DNA from: a virus
Virus record (IMG/VR): IMGVR_UViG_3300045988_129084
Length of the DNA stretch: 36,055 nucleotides
Strand: one strand, 5' to 3'
A model generated the notes under the pieces. The model was not told the origin of the DNA. It saw nothing but the letters and a program-made list of their open reading frames with translations, and did no database searches. The position numbers were made by a program, and so were the translations under genes. Shown in pieces: positions 25,206 through 31,578 of this stretch. Position 1 is the first letter of the stretch; each line of letters opens with the position of its first letter.

Positions 25206-25595
25206 ATGGAAACAATCTGCCTGCACTTTGAACTGCCCGCCCCGGCGGAACCCATGGCCGAGCCGAACCGGACCGCCCGGCGGCTTGCAAGAGAAAACAG
25301 GATCCTGCGCCGCACCTGCGCGGCCTGTCTGGCCGTCATGTTTGCCGCGCTGGCGTGGTACGCATGGGACGGCCTGCGAACCCGTAAAACCTACGACCTG
25401 TTAAAGACCAGCGCCCGGCAGACGGCCCAGGCCGCCGAACAGCGCGCACAGGACTACCGCGCCGAAGCTGACCGCCTGCAATGCCAACTTGACGGAGCCA
25501 ACCAGCGCGCCGAAGAATACCAGACAGAAGCCGAAGACTTACAGCGCCAGCTTGACGCGGTAACGGCTGCATACATGGAAGGGACGGAACAATGA
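25206..25595 (+). CDS. Hypothetical membrane-anchored coiled-coil protein
   Basis: 129 aa with RBS GGGAGAG. One hydrophobic helix (CAACLAVMFAALAWYAW) followed by a Q/A/E-rich coiled coil. Confidence 0.65.
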   Translation: METICLHFELPAPAEPMAEPNRTARRLARENRILRRTCAACLAVMFAALAWYAWDGLRTRKTYDLLKTSARQTAQAAEQRAQDYRAEADRLQCQLDGANQRAEEYQTEAEDLQRQLDAVTAAYMEGTEQ

Positions 25596-25825
25596 GAACC
25601 ACCGAAAAGGAAGCGCTGCAAGCCGGATTGAGCCGGGAAGCCTTCATTGAGCCGATACCGCTTGACCGCCAGCCGCCCATTAAACGCCGGTATATCTGGA
25701 ATATGCCGCCGGAAGAATGGCCCACGGGCGTGACGGCACAGGACGTTAAGGAAATGAAGGCCCGGCACAACAAGCAGCTGCGCGAAAAGAAAACAGGAAG
25801 AAGGCCGGCAAATGACCGTACTTGA
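25592..25825 (+). CDS. Hypothetical protein
   Basis: 77 aa. ATGA overlap with the upstream stop suggests translational coupling. Confidence 0.6.
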   Translation: MRTTEKEALQAGLSREAFIEPIPLDRQPPIKRRYIWNMPPEEWPTGVTAQDVKEMKARHNKQLREKKTGRRPANDRT

Positions 25826-26093
25826 ATATTTGCAAAGCCTTGACCTGGAAACGCGGGTGGCCGTTGTGGGTTGCGCGGACAACGCGCTGCGGGGCATTCG
25901 CAACCTTGACGAACAGACAGCAGCGGCGGCTTCGTTTGGCTTGTGGGCCTGCCCAGACTACCTGGCGCAGCAGTTGGGCCTTGCATTTAACTGCAATTAC
26001 CCCGCCAACGCGGACGCCAAGCGCTGCACCCGCTGCGCCGCCGCTTTCCTGCGCAGGAAAATGCACGGAAGGCGGCACGGCTATGGCAGATGA
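25812..26093 (+). CDS. Hypothetical protein
   Basis: 93 aa. It overlaps both neighbours by a few codons, and coding-like composition continues through the operon. Confidence 0.55.
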   Translation: MTVLEYLQSLDLETRVAVVGCADNALRGIRNLDEQTAAAASFGLWACPDYLAQQLGLAFNCNYPANADAKRCTRCAAAFLRRKMHGRRHGYGR

Positions 26094-26361
26094 ACGCACC
26101 GACCTTATAAAGCGGCTTGCCCCTCTGGTGCTGGAAGATCGAAGCCGCACCGCCGCCGACAAGCGCAGCACCGATATACCTTGGTATTTTATCAACATCA
26201 ATCACCCGGCAATGCGCCCCTTTTACAACAGTTGGTTGCAATCGCGCGGGCGCTTGTTTCTGCCCGGCGACATTGACCGGGCAGAATTTGAACTTTCGCT
26301 ACTGTCAAACAAGGCCCTGGGCTTTGTGGCAGATAAATACAAGAGAGAAGGCCGACTATGA
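26083..26361 (+). CDS. Hypothetical protein
   Basis: 92 aa from ATG 26083 (track start 25822 trimmed). The stop overlaps the next start (ATGA). Confidence 0.55.
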   Translation: MADERTDLIKRLAPLVLEDRSRTAADKRSTDIPWYFININHPAMRPFYNSWLQSRGRLFLPGDIDRAEFELSLLSNKALGFVADKYKREGRL

Positions 26362-27176
26362 ACGAGAACGAACGCACCCCGGCGGAAACCGCCGCCGACT
26401 ACGCGGTACACTTTGCCGACGGCTTCTTCGTCCCCTGCCCCTGCTGCGGCAAGGAAGTGGAAAGCCCCGACAACGGATTCACCAGCGAAAAGGAAGCAAT
26501 GGAATGGGCGCTCGGCGCGTGTGACTGCGCAGGCGCAAAAGCATGGCAGCAGCAGCGCCCGGCCCTGCGCATGGACAGCCCCTGCGTGGCCGGGAAGATG
26601 AAGGCGGGCCGCTGCGGGCATACCGCTTATACGGCCCGCTGTACGGAATCCGCCTGCAGTGCATACCACCCGGAACTATACGCCCCGGAACTGTATGCCC
26701 GCGCCTTCGACCTGTACGCCAAGCGCAAGGCCGACGAAAAGGAATGGGCGGAATTCCACCCGGCGGCCACAATTATGCGGTACTGCCGCCAGCTGGCCGC
26801 GCCTGCACCCTACTGGGAGCCGCCGACCCACAAAACAGGAAGCTGCTGCTTCTGCGGCCAGCTTCGCGTTTTGCCCTTCGCGGCACCGACGCAGGAAGAA
26901 GCGGACCGGTACGCAACCGACAAATGCGACTGCGAAATCGGCAAAGCCTGCCGCCGCCAGCGGGAAGAACGGGAAATCATTGCGGGGCTGTTCGCTGAAT
27001 TTGAGCCGGACACCCTGCGCCTGCTGGGAACCATTGCCGACACGGTCCGCAATGACTACATAAAAGGCGGCACGGCCATTAAGCTGGCCGAAAACGTGAC
27101 GGCAAAATTCAAAGTTAAAGAGGGCACGGTGATTGTGACCCGCGCCGAAAAGCACGAACGCCAGCACAGCCTTTAA
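26358..27176 (+). CDS. Hypothetical Cys-rich protein with two copies of a CxCCG...CDC...KA motif
   Basis: 272 aa. The motif pair is CPCCGKEV...SEKEAMEWALGACDCAGAKAWQQQR and CCFCGQLR...TQEEADRYATDKCDCEIGKACRRQRE. Confidence 0.7.
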   Translation: MNENERTPAETAADYAVHFADGFFVPCPCCGKEVESPDNGFTSEKEAMEWALGACDCAGAKAWQQQRPALRMDSPCVAGKMKAGRCGHTAYTARCTESACSAYHPELYAPELYARAFDLYAKRKADEKEWAEFHPAATIMRYCRQLAAPAPYWEPPTHKTGSCCFCGQLRVLPFAAPTQEEADRYATDKCDCEIGKACRRQREEREIIAGLFAEFEPDTLRLLGTIADTVRNDYIKGGTAIKLAENVTAKFKVKEGTVIVTRAEKHERQHSL

Positions 27177-27197
27177 GCGGGAAGGGAGTTGTTTTTT

Positions 27198-27362
27198 ATG
27201 AAAATAAGCCGGCACTGCCCCTTGTATGACTGCCCGAACTGTGGAAAATGCGGAGCCTGCAAGCACGGCCAGCAATATGAGCGCATGGCATCGAAAATCC
27301 AGCGTTTACAGAACGAAACCAGGCGGCTGAAACGTGAAGCTGCCGCCAAGAAGGGAGCGTAG
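27198..27362 (+). CDS. Small Cys-rich (zinc-ribbon-like) protein (54 aa, below the ORF-track cutoff)
   Basis: Hand translation with RBS GAAGGGAG 9 nt upstream of ATG 27198 gives MKISRHCPLYDCPNCGKCGACKHGQQYERMASKIQRLQNETRRLKREAAAKKGA. Stop is TAG 27360-27362. Confidence 0.55.
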   Translation: MKISRHCPLYDCPNCGKCGACKHGQQYERMASKIQRLQNETRRLKREAAAKKGA

Positions 27363-27366
27363 CAGC

Positions 27367-27990
27367 ATGAACACGGGAACAAGCACCAGCTTTGCGGAAC
27401 AGGAAGCTGCCGCAATGGAAAAGAACCGGGAAGCCTTTATGGCGCTGTGGAATGAATACGTCAAAGGCCGCAAGGGCGACAAGGCCGTGCTGCGCTATCT
27501 GGAAGAAGCGGGCTTTTTCACGTCGCCCGCGTCCACGAAATACCACGGAGCCTTCCCCGGCGGGCTGTGCTACCATAGCGTCAACGTTGCAGCCGAGGTG
27601 CTGGGCCTGCTGGCGCAGCACCAGCTTGAAGACGAAAACATGAACGCCAGCGCCGTAACCTGCGCCCTGCTGCACGACATTTGCAAGGTGGGCACATATC
27701 GGCAAACCACAAAGCGCCAGCGCGGCAAAGACGGCAAGTGGCAGGACGCGCCCGCCTATGAGTACGACGACAGCGGCCTGCCGCTTGGCCACGGAGAAAA
27801 AAGCCTGTTCCTGCTTCAACGTCTGGGCATGGAACTGACAGACCAGGAAGCGGCAGCAATCCGCTGGCACATGGGCGCATACCGCGACCATGACTGCTAC
27901 AACGAAATGGGCAGGGCGTTTGAACGTTACGCACTGGCCCTGTTCCTGCACCTGGCCGATATGACGGCAACATACTGGTGGGAATCGTGA
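27367..27990 (+). CDS. HD-domain metal-dependent phosphohydrolase
   Basis: 207 aa from ATG 27367 (track start 27334 trimmed). Motifs KYHGAFPGGLCYHS, LLHDICK and LGHGEKS are typical of HD-superfamily hydrolases. Confidence 0.7.
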   Translation: MNTGTSTSFAEQEAAAMEKNREAFMALWNEYVKGRKGDKAVLRYLEEAGFFTSPASTKYHGAFPGGLCYHSVNVAAEVLGLLAQHQLEDENMNASAVTCALLHDICKVGTYRQTTKRQRGKDGKWQDAPAYEYDDSGLPLGHGEKSLFLLQRLGMELTDQEAAAIRWHMGAYRDHDCYNEMGRAFERYALALFLHLADMTATYWWES

Positions 27991-28000
27991 GGGCGGCGCA

Positions 28001-28459
28001 ATGGATAACTGTATTTTGTTGAGTATCCGCAAGAACTGGGCGGCGGCGATCCTGTCCGGCGAAAAAAGGCTGGAAATTCGGAAATGTGCGCCCAGTTACA
28101 ACCCCAACACAGAAAAACGCGCAGAATATCCCCTGCGCGTTGTAATGTATGAAACAAAAGCACACGGCGGCGCGGGGGCCGTTGTCGGCTTCTTCGACTG
28201 CCCCGGCTACATCGGAACCGCAGATCCAGCCGACGAAGTGATGGCGACGCTGTCCGGCCTGTCCGTTGAACAGCTGGAAGAATACCGCGACGGCGGCTGG
28301 CTGTACGGCTTGAAAGTACGGAATCCCCGGCGGTTGCCGGAGCCTGTGCCGCTGGAAGCCCTGCACCTGGACTACCCGCCGCAAAGCTGGCGCTGGCTTG
28401 ACAGCATAAACGCCGACGGTTTGGCAGAAATCGCGGCGGCCCAGGGGGTGAAACTGTGA
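28001..28459 (+). CDS. ASCH-domain protein
   Basis: 152 aa. N-terminus ILLSIRKNWAAAILSGEKRLEIRK resembles the ASCH/PUA-like fold signature. Confidence 0.65.
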   Translation: MDNCILLSIRKNWAAAILSGEKRLEIRKCAPSYNPNTEKRAEYPLRVVMYETKAHGGAGAVVGFFDCPGYIGTADPADEVMATLSGLSVEQLEEYRDGGWLYGLKVRNPRRLPEPVPLEALHLDYPPQSWRWLDSINADGLAEIAAAQGVKL

Positions 28460-29532
28460 AAGCCCCCGCAGCGCTTCCCTTCTACTTGTACGACTTCGGC
28501 GCGATACGGCCCGACAGTTTTCTGCAGGGCGACAGCTTCAAGCTGCTGGAAGGGGTGCAAACCGAGACCGTGGACATGGTTTTTATTGACCCACCATATT
28601 TCATCAAGAAGGCCGAGTGGGACACCTTCGAGAACCAGCAGGAATATAACGACTTTATGGCCCGCGCCTTTTGGGAAGCAGAACGAATTCTGAAGCCGAA
28701 CGGAACGCTGGCCTTTTGGCACAATGACCTGCAACAAGTGGCCCGCCTGCTGTGCTGGTTGGAAAACTGGACACAGTTTGTTTTCAATTCCTGGGCCGTA
28801 TGGGTGAAGCCGAATTTTCGGAAGAAGCTATGGGCGAACCCAGGAACCGGGAACACCTTGCGAAGCTGGTTTAACATTACAGAATTTTGCATTGTACTGG
28901 TAAAGGCCGAACCGGGCACGGCCTGGAACAAGTCGGGGCTGGCGCTGGCAAAGCTGGACATGAACAACTTCGGCCCGCTGCGTGAATATTTCCGCGCCGC
29001 GCAGAAGTACACCGGCAAAACCAAAAAGCAGATAATCGACGCTTGCGGACAAGCAGCAGACCACTGTTTCCGTTGGGGAAGCAGTCAATGGCTTTTGCCA
29101 ACGCGGGAAACCTACCTGGACATTGTGGCGAAGTTTGAACTGGACAGCTGGGAAGGATACCGAGACTTCGACAGCCTGCTGGAAGAACAGGCCAGGCTTG
29201 TGAAGCAATACGACGAACAGATACAGGCGGCAGACAATGCCCGCTTTGTCCACAACCTTGACGCGAACCATTGCAATGTTTGGCTGTCGAATGAACCGAC
29301 GGGGGGGCATTCAATCCACCCAACGCAGAAACCCGTTGACCTGTTGGAACGCGCAATACGAACGCACACCAAACCGGGCGCGGTTGTCTGTGATTTTTTC
29401 GCGGGCAGCGGCAGCACCGGCGTGGCAGCCCTTAAAGCCGGGCGGCGGTATATCCTTATCGAACAAAGCGCCAGCTACCACGAAAAGGGGCTGGCATGGC
29501 TTGAGGAAACAAAAAGCGCCCTTTGCACTTGA
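28456..29532 (+). CDS. DNA methyltransferase (N6-adenine or N4-cytosine, beta-class motif order)
   Basis: 358 aa, GTG start with RBS AGGGGG and GTGA overlap with the ASCH stop. Catalytic motif IV is FIDPPYF near the N-terminus. AdoMet motif I is VCDFFAGSGSTGVAALKAGRRYILIE near the C-terminus. Confidence 0.85.
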   Translation: MKAPAALPFYLYDFGAIRPDSFLQGDSFKLLEGVQTETVDMVFIDPPYFIKKAEWDTFENQQEYNDFMARAFWEAERILKPNGTLAFWHNDLQQVARLLCWLENWTQFVFNSWAVWVKPNFRKKLWANPGTGNTLRSWFNITEFCIVLVKAEPGTAWNKSGLALAKLDMNNFGPLREYFRAAQKYTGKTKKQIIDACGQAADHCFRWGSSQWLLPTRETYLDIVAKFELDSWEGYRDFDSLLEEQARLVKQYDEQIQAADNARFVHNLDANHCNVWLSNEPTGGHSIHPTQKPVDLLERAIRTHTKPGAVVCDFFAGSGSTGVAALKAGRRYILIEQSASYHEKGLAWLEETKSALCT

Positions 29533-29546
29533 CTGCAAAAGGCGAT

Positions 29547-29605
29547 AAAGAAAGCCGCCCCTGTGGAGAGGGGCGGCCTACAACGTGCCGAGGTAAAAAT
29601 ATAAC
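29547..29605 (-). ncRNA. Candidate ~59-nt small RNA (consensus promoter to intrinsic terminator)
   Basis: The predicted TSS lies ~6-7 nt downstream of the TATAAT box. The transcript runs into the 29577-29554 hairpin plus U-run. No ORF fits within it. Confidence 0.45.
29554..29577. terminator. Hairpin terminator shared by the methylase operon (+) and a candidate minus-strand sRNA
   Basis: 9-bp stem GCCGCCCCT/AGGGGCGGC with a 6-nt loop. The U-run (TTTCTTTAT) is on the minus strand only. Confidence 0.6.
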
Positions 29606-29611
29606 ACCTTC

Positions 29612-29640
29612 ATTATAAAGGAATTGCGGCGCGTTGTCAA
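29612..29640 (-). promoter_or_regulatory. Perfect-consensus sigma-70 promoter on the minus strand
   Basis: The reverse complement of 29611-29640 reads TTGACA-acgcgccgcaattcctt-TATAAT-g. Both hexamers match consensus exactly and the spacer is 17 nt. Confidence 0.65.
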
Positions 29641-29896
29641 ACCTTCGCAGGCGGCCAGAGCCGCCATGAAGGGCTTGTATGGGGTAGTAAAATAGCGACG
29701 GTTATTTCCTGCCGGGGAAAGGGGTGCAGGGGAAAACAGAGGGCGGCCAAGCAAGACCACGGAAAGCAGAGACTAAGACAGGCCGCCCGGCGTTGTCCCT
29801 TGCAAGCGTTCCCTTTTCGTTTGCCTACCCAGAAAGAAGAAAATTCTATCCACCTACCGAAAGCAGAACCTTCCGGGAAATGCAGAAAGGCAGAGT

Positions 29897-30742
29897 ATGG
29901 GCACAAAATCTTTTCAACGTGAGCGCCGCTTCCTGTGCGGCACAAGTAAGAACGCCGCGAATTACCAGGAAGTCGAAATTTACCCCATGAACGGAACAGA
30001 GCAAAGCCGAACGCTGGACCAGGAACTGGCGCGGGCTGCCGACCTGCGCAGATCGTCGAAGGCGCAGCAGAACCAAAACGCCAAGAACGCCCGGCGACTG
30101 TTCCGCCAGCTGGTAAATACCAACTTCACCGAGGAAGACACCCACACAACGCAAACCTATGCGCCAGAGTATCGCCCGGAAACCGAAGAACAGGCGTGGG
30201 CAGATTTTCGGAACTTCTACCGCCACATAAAAGAGAAATGCAGGGCGCGGGGACTGCCGAAGCCGGAATGCCTTGCCGTGATGGAGTGGGCAGAGGAAAA
30301 CCCAGACACCGGGCAAAAGGCCGTTGCCCCGCATTTTCACACGATTTTGCGGTGCGAGTTAAGCCGCGACGAAATAGAAAGCTGCTGGCACCGCAAGGGC
30401 GTGCGCCTGGGCCGCGTGAACACTGACCGCCTGCAAATGGACAAGAACAGCCTGGAAGCCCTGGCAAACTATATGCTGAAATACCCGAAACGAAAGCACC
30501 GATATTTCCGAAGCCGAGGAATCAAAAACCCGATAACACCGCCCCCGGCGGACGGGAAATGGACGCGCCGCCAAGTGCAAAAAATCTGCACCGACGGGCG
30601 GCTGTACGACCCAGAATTCTGGGCGAAAAAATACCCAGGTTGGGACTTGAACGAAGCCAGCGCCGGCTATAACGAATTCATGGGCTGGCACATAAGCCTA
30701 AAACTTCGACGAAGGGGGCCGTGCCGTGGGAATCGACATTGA
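29897..30742 (+). CDS. HUH-superfamily rolling-circle replication initiator-like protein (two-tyrosine type)
   Basis: 281 aa with RBS GAAAGG. HUH motif is APHFHTIL (nt 30332-30340 encode HFH). The tyrosine motif LANYMLKYPKRK is of YxxxY type, as in phiX174 gpA and P2 gpA. Confidence 0.6.
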   Translation: MGTKSFQRERRFLCGTSKNAANYQEVEIYPMNGTEQSRTLDQELARAADLRRSSKAQQNQNAKNARRLFRQLVNTNFTEEDTHTTQTYAPEYRPETEEQAWADFRNFYRHIKEKCRARGLPKPECLAVMEWAEENPDTGQKAVAPHFHTILRCELSRDEIESCWHRKGVRLGRVNTDRLQMDKNSLEALANYMLKYPKRKHRYFRSRGIKNPITPPPADGKWTRRQVQKICTDGRLYDPEFWAKKYPGWDLNEASAGYNEFMGWHISLKLRRRGPCRGNRH

Positions 30743-31208
30743 ACGCCTGGGGCCTGCCGCACAAAAGCAGGTGCGCGAGGAATTGGAGCGCAGGCGCAGG
30801 GTGGCAGCTGCCAAGGACAGGCAGCAGAAAGCCAGGGACGGCCCGGCGCTTCGGCCCGGCGGGTCTGATCGTGGCAGCGCACTGGAAGAAGAACACTACC
30901 GGGCATATATATGGCCCAAAGAACTGGCCGGAACCGTGGCGAATGTGGAACGGCACAAGAAATTTGAACTTCTGCCGAAAAGCGATTATTGCGGCCTGCG
31001 CCTGCCCGCTGCACACTACACGCCGGATTTTGTAATCGAATACACAAACGGCACTGTGGAAGTTGTCGAGGTAAAGCACGAAGCAATCCGCGCCTTGCAG
31101 GGGTCCTATGTGTACCGCCGCCGCCTTTTTATCGAGAAGTACGCCCGGCCAAATGGCTGGATATTCACCGAGTACATAAAACACGAAGGAAGGAAATGCA
31201 ATGAATGA
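30726..31208 (+). CDS. DUF1064-like PD-(D/E)xK nuclease-fold protein
   Basis: 160 aa, GTG start overlapping the Rep 3' end. The motif YTPDFVIEYTNGTVEVVEVK is PD...ExK-like. Confidence 0.6.
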   Translation: MGIDIERLGPAAQKQVREELERRRRVAAAKDRQQKARDGPALRPGGSDRGSALEEEHYRAYIWPKELAGTVANVERHKKFELLPKSDYCGLRLPAAHYTPDFVIEYTNGTVEVVEVKHEAIRALQGSYVYRRRLFIEKYARPNGWIFTEYIKHEGRKCNE

Positions 31209-31566
31209 TTTACAAAAGGCTTTAAGCCTTATCGAAGCACAGCAGAAGAAAGCCGGAGCAGGAACGCCCGCCTGGTGCGTAGGCCAGCAGCTTGCCGACA
31301 TTCTGAACGGCCAGCCTGCCGCCGCGCAGATTGTTGCCGAAGACCTGGGAACCACGGGCATGGGGATTGCAGACTGCGAAAAGAAAATCGCGGAATTTGC
31401 CAGCAAGAACCGCACGGGCAATGTGGGCTTTTGCGGCCCTGCGGACGCTGACCGCATTATCCGGGAATTTTACGGAATCCCGAAACTGGAAATTGTCACC
31501 GCCAAAACACAGGCGGCCCCGGCGGAACACCGCCGCAAGGCAATCCGCCTTGAAGATTTTCTGTAA
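31201..31566 (+). CDS. PcfK-like protein (tentative)
   Basis: 121 aa, overlaps the upstream stop. The region IADCEKKIAEFASKNRTGNVGFCGPADADRIIREFYGI resembles PcfK-like proteins. It is followed by a PcfJ-like gene, as in pCF10-type pairs. Confidence 0.5.
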   Translation: MNDLQKALSLIEAQQKKAGAGTPAWCVGQQLADILNGQPAAAQIVAEDLGTTGMGIADCEKKIAEFASKNRTGNVGFCGPADADRIIREFYGIPKLEIVTAKTQAAPAEHRRKAIRLEDFL

Positions 31567-31578
31567 GGGGGCGCGAAT

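Noticed and set aside
183-27366. Upstream-extended starts in the ORF track: 183, 6109, 6366, 7558, 10640, 14188, 14927, 16961, 18575, 18916, 23164(-), 23510(-), 23706, 23921, 25822, 27334.
   Set aside because: In each case an internal ATG or GTG has a proper GGAGG-type RBS and/or overlaps the upstream stop (ATGA, GTGA or TAATG coupling). The extension is an Arg/Pro-rich read-through of the preceding gene. The trimmed coordinates are given in the features.
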